A DNA stretch of 63,493 nt, counting the filler, from Octopus bimaculoides (lineage: Eukaryota), in NCBI RefSeq assembly GCF_001194135.2. It is 4 parts of 4 records of this genome, joined end to end, with 100 filler letters (N's around TTAATTAATTAA, not from the genome) between each part and the next. Parts side by side here need not be neighbours in the genome. Positions count along the whole stretch, not along the records: positions 29,802 to 54,946 come from NC_069006.1; positions 55,047 to 60,460 come from NC_068987.1; positions 60,561 to 63,493 come from NC_068986.1; 1 more part is not named here. One strand, written 5' to 3'. Of this stretch, positions 49,590 through 60,618 are shown piece after piece; positions within the stretch are counted from its first letter, which is position 1, and each line of letters begins with the position of its first letter. The position numbers were made by a program, and so were the translations under genes. The notes under the pieces were generated by a model. The model saw only the letters and a program-made list of their open reading frames with translations, did no database searches and was not told the DNA's origin.

Positions 49590-50105
49590 ACGTAAGCTGC
49601 TGAATGTGTGTAACGCAAGCAGCAAAATGTGTGTATGATGTAAGCAGCAGAATGTGTGTGTAACGCAAGCAGCAGGACGTGTGTGTAACGCAAGCAGCAG
49701 GACGTGTGTGTAACGCAAGCAGCAGGACGNNNNNNNNNNGGACGTGTGTGTAACGCAAGCAGCAGGACGTGTGTGTAACGCAAGCAGCAGGACGTGTGTG
49801 TAACGCAAGCAGCAGAATGTGTGTGTGTGTGTAATGTAAACAGGAGGATGTGTGTAATGTAAGCTGGATGTGCATATCGCAATCTGCCAAATGTGTATAA
49901 TGCAAGCTGCTGGACATGCATGTGACACAAGCTGCCGGATGTGTGTGTGACGCAAGCTGCCGGATATGCATGTGACACAAGCTGCCGGATGTGTGTGNNN
50001 NNNNNNNTGCCGGATGTGTGTGTGACGCAAGCTGCCGGATATGCATGTGACACAAGCTGCCGGATGTGTGTGTGACGCAAGCTGCCGGATGTGTGTAATA
50101 TAGCT
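49590..50105. repeat. 25-bp minisatellite with two unit types (gtgtgtgtaacgcaagcagcaggac and gtgtgtgtgacgcaagctgccggat)
   Basis: Direct reading. It explains the His/Thr/Ala/Cys ORFs at 49533-50141. Confidence 0.9.
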
Positions 50106-50233
50106 GCCAGATGTAAGTAGGAACCCTGTCCACATAGTCATTGCTACACTCTAATTTTAGAGTTGCTTCATAGCTTGATTGACACCACCATTATTGTTAC
50201 TGTGTTGCTTTTTCTCTCCTCTCTCTCTCTCAG

Positions 50234-50415
50234 TAGTGGAAGTCATGATCAAACACCATGTAGATATCCTGCTAGCAATCCTATCTCTTGCTCCTACAAT
50301 ATTGCAACAGCCATTGATCCCACCTACAAGCGAAGGCAACACGAAATTCACGCTGCCGATGAAACAGAACCCAAAATCTCTCTAATGTTGTCTCGTTCAC
50401 TACCTTTACATGCAG
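50234..50415 (+). CDS. CCDC50: CCDC50-like exon f (phase 2 to 1): SGSHDQTPCRYPASNPISCSYNIATAIDPTYKRRQHEIHAADETEPKISLMLSRSLPLHA
   Basis: (ct)n-cag|T AGT GGA...GCA G|gtgagt. Phase matches the 41046 donor. Confidence 0.75.
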
Positions 50416-51459
50416 GTGAGTACCACTGCTAGTTTACCTGTGGGCAGGTGGGTGGATTTAACCTACAAAAAAAATAAATAATCCACCGCTTCATCCTTTT
50501 GCAACTGATTCTTTTAGCCAAACCACATCTGTCGATCAGACACTTCCCGTATCTGATTGTCACTGCATTCAATTAGCTTTTTTTTTCTAGTTTATTTTTC
50601 TGCTTACAAATGACCAGTTATAATTGATCTGTGACGTATAATGAGTTTCCAAATTAGGGTTCGCAGTATCAAACAAATCTTTCAATATACACCTTTTATA
50701 ACCTTTTTATGTATCCTCTCTGGTGATGGTCACTCTGAAAACTCTGGACCCTCTACAATTATATAGTATATCATCTATCTACATATATTATATCTATATT
50801 CATATAGTATATCAACTTGTTTCACATAGTTTATCATCTGGCTTGTCAAAAGCACATATACTAACATTGGTGGTATCAAAAAATCTTTCAAACACATCTT
50901 ATAACCTAGTTTTTGTATTGATTCTCTTTGGTGATGGTCATTCTGAAAGCTTTGCACCTTCTACATTCACATCGTATGTAATCTAGCTTCACATATATCT
51001 CTATTCATATAGTATATCAGCTTACTTCTCATAGAATATCTAATTCTCATAATATATCCTCTTGCTTTACATAGTATATCTATATTGATTTTAACTTTTG
51101 GCACAAGACCAGCAATTGGGGGGTGGGATAAGTCGATTACATTGAGCTCAACTGATATTTATTTTATCAACCCCAAGAAGGTGAAAGGTAAAGTCGACCT
51201 TTGTGGAATTCGAATTCAGAACATGAAGATGGAAGATCCAGGGGGTGCACTGAAGAAAAGTGGGGGTGATAAAGGGGTGGCCAAAAGAGGGTGATGGGTG
51301 TAAAAACAAAATAATGGTTGAGTTCTATTTGTGAAATACAGTTGTTTTGAATTTGAAGCAGGAAGTGGTCTGTGTTTGTGGTGGTGAGTGGGTGTTAGGA
51401 ATGTGATCTGGATGCCAAGGGGACGGCTACCCCAAAAACGTTTGGGAACCATAACTCTA

Positions 51460-51780
51460 GATCATAATAGACCACCATCATAATCTATGTCATGACAGAC
51501 CACCATCATAATCTATGTTATAACAGCCATCATCATAGTCTATATCATAATAGATCGCCATCATTTTCTAGATCATAGCTGACTACCATAATCCATAACA
51601 ACCACCATTAATTTTTATCATAATAGACCTCTATCATAGTCTATACAGACTCCCATCATAGTCTATATCATAGCAGACTCCCATCATAGACTATATCGTA
51701 GCAGACTCTCATCATAACATATATAACAGACCACCCTCATCTAATTAATACAGACCATCATTGTCTATATCTTAAGACTT
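51460..51780. repeat. Degenerate ~28-29-bp tandem repeat (cagactcccatcatagtctatatcatag)
   Basis: Recurrent agac(c/t)..catcata.tcta units. Confidence 0.75.
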
Positions 51781-52042
51781 CCATCCTACTCTGAATTCAT
51801 CTGTCTCTACCATATAAATAGTCCATCACCATGTTCCATAAGGTTGTGGAGATGATAAACAAAACCTTCAACTCACCAATTTAAGGTACCACTGACTCTG
51901 ATCCCATCTATTTGTATATTAACTAATCATTTCTTGTTCCGATATAAAGCCTGCAAAAATCCATGCCCAGACATTGGGCCATTTTTTGTCATCCTGACCT
52001 GTTTTGCATAACCACACCTCCTCCGACTTTGTTTCTTTACAG

Positions 52043-52350
52043 CAGTGGTTCTCAACCAGGTTCCATGCAACAAAACAGTAAATTGGGGATCTACAAAAGT
52101 ATTTTAAGGGCTCCTGAAAAAAATTTGCTTTAGATGTATGTATTGATTTGTATTGCAAGAGACACGCTAGGCTCCTTTCTCTAATTTTACATAATTCAAG
52201 GGACACGAGTTAATGTGTGAAAAACAAAATAGGAATTTTGAGAGAAGTTTCTATAAAACTAGATTTTAAACATTGAATGACTGCAGGAGCCCAGTAGAAT
52301 AAAATAGTAATCAAAGGAGTTCATAGATGAAAAATGGTTGAGAATAACCA
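52043..52350. mobile_element. hAT/Charlie-like MITE (related 3' ends at ~41930-41971 and 53698-53740)
   Basis: CAGTGGTTCTCAACC...GGTTGAGAA. No clean TSD. Confidence 0.65.
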
Positions 52351-53814
52351 ATATTGGATGTTAAGTGGTGGTAAGGGACAACCTCTCCCCCATAAATCCT
52401 AAAAGTTCCACTTTTTTCAATTTTTTTAAAAATTAGAGTTTATAATATGAACCGTTTGAATTTTTCGCTTAAATTCCAGCAATGGAGCACCCTTGGGTGC
52501 ATCATCATTCCATTAAATGTGTTCAGGGGTAGGAAAATATTAAAGAACATCAATGTGTGTCAGAGTGACAAAGAAACAAGGAAGGTATCAGGTGGTTGTG
52601 AGATGTGCTAAAAGCAACAGCTAAATCGCCCTTAAATCACAAACTTTTTTTTTTTTTTTTTTTCATAATCATATGAATTCCTGTGTGTAGAGCACAAATT
52701 TCCAAAACTTTGCTGAATATTCCAAAAACTAAAAAAATTATGAGGGGTTATATGGAGTGCTTAAACCAGAATTCAGCTCATGCATTTATATGAATGTTTA
52801 AGTTTTTGTACAAAATACATAATAATCGTAATATTTAAAGGAAGTTTTTTTTTTTTTAAAGTTGTTAACTATTTAGGAAACAGAATGTCACAAACCTTTG
52901 GGGAAGAAGTCTTTGTATAGTGTTTTGTGTGTAAATGCTTTCGTTGAACGACGACAGTGTTTACACACAAAGTATACATTATACNNNNNNNNNNNNNNNN
53001 NNNNNNNNNNNNNNNNNNNNNNNNNNNNNNNNNNNNNNNNNNNNNNNNNNNNNNNNNNNNNNNNNNNNNNNNNNNNNNNNNNNNNNNNNNNNNNNNNNNN
53101 NNNNNNNNNNNNNNNNNNNNNNNNNNNNNNNNNNNNNNNNNNNNNNNNNNNNNNNNNNNNNNNNNNNNNNNNNNNNNNNNNNNNNNNNNNNNNNNNNNNN
53201 NNNNNNNNNNNNNNNNNNNNNNNNNNNNNNNNNNNNNNNNNNNNNNNNNNNNNNNNNNNNNNNNNNNNNNNNNNNNNNNNNNNNNNNNNNNNNNNNNNNN
53301 NNNNNNNNNNNNNNNNNNNNNNNNNNNNNNNNNNNNNNNNNNNNNNNNNNNNNNNNNNNNNNNNNNNNNNNNNNNNNNNNNNNNNNNNNNNNNNNNNNNN
53401 NNNNNNNNNNNNNNNNNNNNNNNNNNNNNNNNNNNNNNNNNNNNNNNNNNNNNNNNNNNNNNNNNNNNNNNNNNNNNNNNNNNNNNNNNNNNNNNNNNNN
53501 NNNNNNNNNNNNNNNNNNNNNNNNNNNNNNNNNNNNNNNNNNNNNNNNNNNNNNNNNNNNNNNNNNNNNNNNNNNNNNNNNNNNNNNNNNNNNNNNNNNN
53601 NNNNNNNNNNNNNNNNNNNNNNNNNNNNNNNNNNNNNNNNNNNNNNNNNNNNNNNNNNNNNNNNNNNNNNNNNNNNNNNNNNNNNNNNNNNNNNNNNGGT
53701 ATCAAAGGCTCCATAGGTGAAAAAAATGGTTGAGAATCATGTAAGGGAGGAAACTCTAGTATTTTCCCCTTTATTTCTGTCGTGTAATGATTTCATTACA
53801 GGACTGGGCTTTTC

Positions 53815-54490
53815 ATAATAATAATCTTTTCTGCAATAGGCATGAATACCGAAATTTTTTTTTGGTGAGTTGGGGTGCGGCTGAGGGACTGGTTGATTAC
53901 AATGAACCCAGTACTCAAGTGGTACTTATTTTATCAACCCCAAAAGGATGGCAGGCAACTTTGACCTCGCCAGAATTTGAACCCAGGACATAAAAATGAA
54001 CGAAATTCAGCGAAGAATTTTCTCTGGTGTGCTAACGATTCTGCCAGCTCACCGCTCTAATAATAATAATAATCCTTTCTATACAGGTACAAGACCTGAA
54101 ATTTGGGAAGAGGGATGACTGGATTATATTGACTCCAAAAAGATGAAAGGCAAAACTGGCCTCAGCAGAATTTGAACTCAGAACATAAAGACAGACATGG
54201 TTTCAAATTCTGACTCAGGCCCAGCAGTCTTATGGGAAGGGGCTAGTCAATTAGATCAACCCCAGTATTCAACTGGTACTTATTTAATTAACTGCAAAAG
54301 GATGAAAGGCAAAGTCAACCTTAACATCCATCTTAATGTTTGGAATTCAAATTCCACCAAAGTTGACTTTGATTATCATCCTTTTGCAGTTGATAGAATA
54401 AGTGTCAGTTAAACCCTGGGGCTGATGCAATCAATTAGCCCTTTCTCTCCCAAATTTCAGGCCTTGTGTCTGTAACAAAGGATTATTATT
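53815..54490. mobile_element. Cluster of SINE family B copies (-, -, -, +), partly CpG-decayed
   Basis: Repeated ggatgaaaggcaaa...gaatttgaac, then the inverted ggaattcaaattcc...catccttttgcagttgatagaataagt. Confidence 0.75.
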
Positions 54491-54946
54491 ATTAAATTAT
54501 AATAAATAATTTGTGTTGCTTCATCACAAAAGACTGTCTCTAATAGTAGTAACATCTTGGTACTGTTATCTATTTCTGCTGAGGTCAACTCTACTACCAT
54601 TTATTCTTCTAGGAAGGGTTGATGATAAAGCTGATCACTTCCTTCCTACACCACACCCCATTGTAAGTGGCTTTATACCTATGGCGGGAATCATTGTTAT
54701 TGGAAATCAGAAAATATTGAGATTGTTGCTACCATCATCGTGGGGGGCGGGGGAATATTGTTATTTAAGTCATAGGAACTTAGAAACTTCAAGAGATGTG
54801 AAATGATTAGTTTTTGATAGTGAAGCTTGAAGCAAATAAAGCTATAAATAAAAGCATGTAGATATTAGGTTAAAAAGCCTTCAACTATTTTCTATTTAAA
54901 GGAGATTTTAGACCAATATTTGCAAGTTGTTATTTTTAGTTTTAAC

Positions 54947-55046
54947 NNNNNNNNNNNNNNNNNNNNNNNNNNNNNNNNNNNNNNNNNNNNTTAATTAATT
55001 AANNNNNNNNNNNNNNNNNNNNNNNNNNNNNNNNNNNNNNNNNNNN
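54947..55046. other. Artificial 100-bp spacer N44-TTAATTAATTAA-N44
   Basis: Same structure as 29702-29801. Confidence 0.95.
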
Positions 55047-55087
<41 letters not shown>

Positions 55088-55293
55088 GCGCACACATACA
55101 TGCACACACATATAGCTGATGAGGCTTAATGAAACAGAAACATGTTGGCTTTAAAGACAAGATCCTCTTAAATTTGCTTTGTCTATTTTGTCGAAAAATG
55201 TTATTTACCACATGGGTGGTAGATGGAAGAACAAGAAATGAGCAAATGTCGGGGTTTATATTGAAATCAAACGGCTGATAAAGAAAGACAAGA

Positions 55294-55851
55294 AGTGAAA
55301 TGAAAGTATAAGCAACATATAAAATTCTGTAATGTCCCTGGAGGAAAAAGCTCCACCACGGCCTATCAAAACCCTCCTGGATCGAGAGTATTCTGAATTT
55401 CAAGTATGTTATTCTCCATAATTTGCAATTTTCTTGGGCAAGCAAGTACTCTCCTTTGTAACACATCTCTCCCATGCTGTGTTCTTTTGCAGAAGTCGAC
55501 GTATTCCCCCAGTAGTGGGACATAGACACTAACGGAATAACTTGCAAAGGTTATTTGCTTGCTGCATCTTCTTGTTTAATTGTATTTGCTTATTTTTGTT
55601 TGTCAAGTAAAAGTAAAAAGAGACCATAATCTCTTGGGCAACAGTTTTTGTAAATATTTTCGGTGCTACGTCTTTTAATGACAGACGGCTCTCTTGAAGC
55701 TATATCACACTACTTGTAAACAATGATTTTCTTTTTCTAAAATATAAATAAATGGCTATAAACTGAAAAGACTTTCGATAGGCTACGGTGGTGCTTTTTC
55801 TTCAGGGACATTATAAAATTATATTTATTGTTTATACTTTTACTTCATTTC
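55294..55851. repeat. Diverged inverted repeat, ~78-bp arms (55294-55370 and 55773-55851)
   Basis: aaagtataagcaacatataaaattctgtaatgtccctggaggaaaaagctccaccacggcctatc matches the reverse complement of gataggctacggtggtgctttttcttcagggacattataaaattatatttattgtttatactttt. Confidence 0.75.
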
Positions 55852-55902
55852 TATTTTTTTTAATCATTCATTTGATTTCAAGTGTAAATGATAATAATAA
55901 AT

Positions 55903-55937
<35 letters not shown>

Positions 55938-55948
55938 AACAATACTAA

Positions 55949-56274
<326 letters not shown>

Positions 56275-56445
56275 TAATAATAATAATAATTGATGGACTC
56301 TCCCGTCGAAGACGAAGTATGGGTACTCAGTGTTTGCCGAACGACTTGCACAAGGAATTTGTTTTTAGTCTGTGCATCAAATAAACATTGCTTGTCCTGT
56401 ACAGGTGCACAGGTGAGCAGCACGTCAATTATGATGATGATGATG

Positions 56446-56524
<79 letters not shown>

Positions 56525-56683
56525 TAATAACAATAATAATAAGACACCACATAATTAGCATAATATAGGAGAGGTATAACTGCCTATCCTAAAAAAGTCT
56601 TAAAACTTCTGGAGTGCGTCTCGTGTGTATGTGTGCATGCGTGTGTTTGTGTGTGTGAGTGTGTGTGAGTGTGTGTGTGTATG

Positions 56684-56718
<35 letters not shown>

Positions 56719-58682
56719 CTGTCTGTCTGTAAAATGTGTGGGTGCCCACAAGCATACGCGCATTGAAACATGCATGTTGTCTGAGACGCACGCAATTTAG
56801 CGTTGTAATAAGACAATGGCGCCAATCTTTAATTTGATCCTACCGATCCCCACACTCCAGGCCATAAGAGACCTACTTGTGGTGAAATTAGCTAATAACG
56901 CTTTCCTACTTACCTCCCTTGTTAGCACTGTTTCCATCTTCATAACGCTAGGCAGATACCACTCCTCCTCATGTTACTATTACTACTCCTACCCCTTTTT
57001 CGCCGCGCCCACCTTCTCGTCGTAACCCACTGGTTTTCTACTGGTTCACACACCTTGATCTCTATGCCATCCACCTTCTCTTGCTGTCGTACCGTCCCTT
57101 CCAGAACCACTCACAAAGACAAGCATACGCCAGCATAAAACCATGTACACACACAGTCATACACAAATGCACTAAAACGCTCCACACTCAAAAATCAGGC
57201 AGGNNNNNNNNNNNNNNNNNNNNNNNNNNNNNNNNNNNNNNNNNNNNNNNNNNNNNNNNNNNNNNNNNNNNNNNNNNNNNNNNNNNNNNNNNNNNNNNNN
57301 NNNNNNNNNNNNNNNNNNNNNNNNNNNNNNNNNNNNNNNNNNNNNNNNNNNNNNNNNNNNNNNNNNNNNNNNNNNNNNNNNNNNNNNNNNNNNNNNNNNN
57401 NNNNNNNNNNNNNNNNNNNNNNNNNNNNNNNNNNNNNNNNNNNNNNNNNNNNNNNNNNNNNNNNNNNNNNNNNNNNNNNNNNNNNNNNNNNNNNNNNNNN
57501 NNNNNNNNNNNNNNNNNNNNNNNNNNNNNNNNNNNNNNNNNNNNNNNNNNNNNNNNNNNNNNNNNNNNNNNNNNNNNNNNNNNNNNNNNNNNNNNNNNNN
57601 NNNNNNNNNNNNNNNNNNNNNNNNNNNNNNNNNNNNNNNNNNNNNNNNNNNNNNNNNNNNNNNNNNNNNNNNNNNNNNNNNNNNNNNNNNNNNNNNNNNN
57701 NNNNNNNNNNNNNNNNNNNNNNNNNNNNNNNNNNNNNNNNNNNNNNNNNNNNNNNNNNNNNNNNNNNNNNNNNNNNNNNNNNNNNNNNNNNNNNNNNNNN
57801 NNNNNNNNNNNNNNNNNNNNNNNNNNNNNNNNNNNNNNNNNNNNNNNNNNNNNNNNNNNNNNNNNNNNNNNNNNNNNNNNNNNNNNNNNNNNNNNNNNNN
57901 NNNNNNNNNNNNNNNNNNNNNNNNNNNNNNNNNNNNNNNNNNNNNNNNNNNNNNNNNNNNNNNNNNNNNNNNNNNNNNNNNNNNNNNNNNNNNNNNNNNN
58001 NNNNNNNNNNNNNNNNNNNNNNNNNNNNNNNNNNNNNNNNNNNNNNNNNNNNNNNNNNNNNNNNNNNNNNNNNNNNNNNNNNNNNNNNNNNNNNNNNNNN
58101 NNNNNNNNNNNNNNNNNNNNNNNNNNNNNNTATATATATATATATATACATATATATATGTATATATATATATGTTTATATGTATATATATATATGTATA
58201 TATATATGTGTGTGTATATATATAAATATATATATGTACACATACACACACGCACACACACAGATTCGCACATGTGTATGTACATACTAAACCCAGGAAT
58301 GTTTGTCGGGAGTCACTAAGTACGTTTGCCTTCAGAAAGATCATGCAGTAGTAGAGTTTAATTATTCAAAACCGAAGATTCATTTCGTCGCTACTCAGAG
58401 TCCCTCGGTATGGGCCAGCCTTCAGGCGACAAAGCGATTCAGCTACCACAGATAGATAAATTGGCCGATTGATACGGAGATAGAGGGGTCGATAATGATA
58501 GATAAAAGTTGATAAAAACAGACAGACAAGTAGATAGATTGATAGATTGATTGATTGACAGATAAAAAGACAGACAAACAGACTGAATGACAGGTAAGCA
58601 CACACACACAGATAGAAAATGGTTAGATGTATAGATAGATAGACATACAGATAGAGAGTTATATAGGTAGACAGATAGGCAG

Positions 58683-58755
<73 letters not shown>

Positions 58756-58772
58756 GATGATAGATCGGCAGA

Positions 58773-59392
58773 TAGAGATAAACAACTTGTTTTAAATCTC
58801 AGAGCGAGAGATATACAGTGACACTACCGAAGGCAGCAGTCTTATAAAGGACGACACCCTTGCGAATGCTATATGGATACAAACTGGGTGTCGACATCCA
58901 GTTGGAAAGGATATTTTCCTAGCGCTAAAACAACAGTAACATCGTCCTTTATAGGACTGCTACATCCTGCTGGCATATAAGCTTTACTATTCGGTACTGT
59001 TACTGTATATCTCTCGTTCAGAGGTTTAAAACAAGTTGTTTTTCTCTATACGAGATCAGCTATTGTGTGTCGCTCAAAAAATATATAGTATTTGCGAGTG
59101 GAGAGAGCTTTCATCATTAGCCTGTGGTTATCTCACATTGAGGACAGGTAACCACCCAAAAACCTGGGTCTGTGAGTATCATGTAAGGCTAGAGATGGGA
59201 GCGATGACCTCTCTTGCAAATGCTATAGGACACAAACTGTGCGTCGATAGCCAGCTGGTAAAGACGTTTTCCTGGGGATAAAACAACAGCAACATCGTCC
59301 TTTATAGAACTGCCACATTCTGTTGACATATAAGCTTTACTATTCAGTACTGTTACTGTATATCTCTCGCTCAGAGATTTAAAACAAGCTGT
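58773..59392. mobile_element. MITE (~275 bp, ~55-bp TIRs, TA flanks) followed by a direct duplicate of its right two-thirds (59205-59392)
   Basis: gagataaacaacttgttttaaatctcagagcgagagatatacagtgacac pairs with the reverse complement of gtactgttactgtatatctctcgttcagaggtttaaaacaagttgtttttctc. Inner pair gcagtcttataaaggacga/tcgtcctttataggactgc. Confidence 0.8.
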
Positions 59393-59400
59393 TTCTGTCT

Positions 59401-59445
<45 letters not shown>

Positions 59446-59910
59446 NNNNNNNNNNNNNNNNNNNNNNNNNNNNNNNNNNNNNNNNNNNNNNNNNNNNNNN
59501 NNNNNNNNNNNNNNNNNNNNNNNNNNNNNNNNNNNNNNNNNNNNNNNNNNNNNNNNNNNNNNNNNNNNNNNNNNNNNNNNNNNNNNNNNNNNNNNNNNNN
59601 NNNNNNNNNNNNNNNNNNNNNNNNNNNNNNNNNNNNNNNNNNNNNNNNNNNNNNNNNNNNNNNNNNNNNNNNNNNNNNNNNNNNNNNNNNNNNNNNNNNN
59701 NNNNNNNNNNNNNNNNNNNNNNNNNNNNNNNNNNNNNNNNNNNNNNNNNNNNNNNNNNNNNNNNNNNNNNNNNNNNNNNNNNNNNNNNNNNNNNNNNNNN
59801 NNNNNNNNNNNNNNNNNNNNNNNNNNNNNNNNNNNNNNNNNNNNNNNNNNNNNNNNNNNNNNNNNNNNNNNNNNNNNNNNNNNNNNNNNNNNNNNNNNNN
59901 NNNNNNNNNN

Positions 59911-59954
<44 letters not shown>

Positions 59955-60460
59955 CGTGTGTTTTATATATACATATATTTGTGCATATATATATATATAT
60001 ATATACACACACAATATATATATACATATATTGTGTATTTATATGTATATATATATATATATGTTTATATGTATCCATATACATACATATATATATATTC
60101 AGGTATGTATACGTATATACAGACATATATACCAATATATATATATACATGTGTATATATATTAATATATATATTTATATATACATACATATAAATATAT
60201 ACATACACACACATACGCACACACACACATATGAACACACACACACACATACATACACGCATATTAATATATATGTATATCTCGTATCTTTTCTTATATT
60301 GTATCTTAGATGTTGAAACTTTCTGTTTATTGTTTAACTGCGTAGTGTATATCGTAGACCCAATTAATTCATAATTTATATAAACATTTTTTGAGATCTG
60401 AGATGAAAAACGCATCGCTTCGGCTAATTATAATGTCCCTTTGGAGTACAAATGGGATTC

Positions 60461-60560
60461 NNNNNNNNNNNNNNNNNNNNNNNNNNNNNNNNNNNNNNNN
60501 NNNNTTAATTAATTAANNNNNNNNNNNNNNNNNNNNNNNNNNNNNNNNNNNNNNNNNNNN
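60461..60560. other. Artificial 100-bp spacer N44-TTAATTAATTAA-N44
   Basis: Same structure as the other two. Confidence 0.95.

Positions 60561-60618
<58 letters not shown>

Noticed and set aside
49533-50141. His/Cys-rich 170-200-aa ORFs suggesting a metal-binding protein
   Set aside because: They are translations of a 25-bp minisatellite, antisense to the host gene.
55494-55550. Acceptor ttcttttgcag| as the next CCDC50 exon
   Set aside because: It lies in a different segment beyond a spacer, and the phase-1 frame stops after 7 codons.
58385-58440. Other hammerhead-like words (here; also ~1325, ~35215, ~62760 and ~63315)
   Set aside because: The core is incomplete, or stems I and II cannot be formed.
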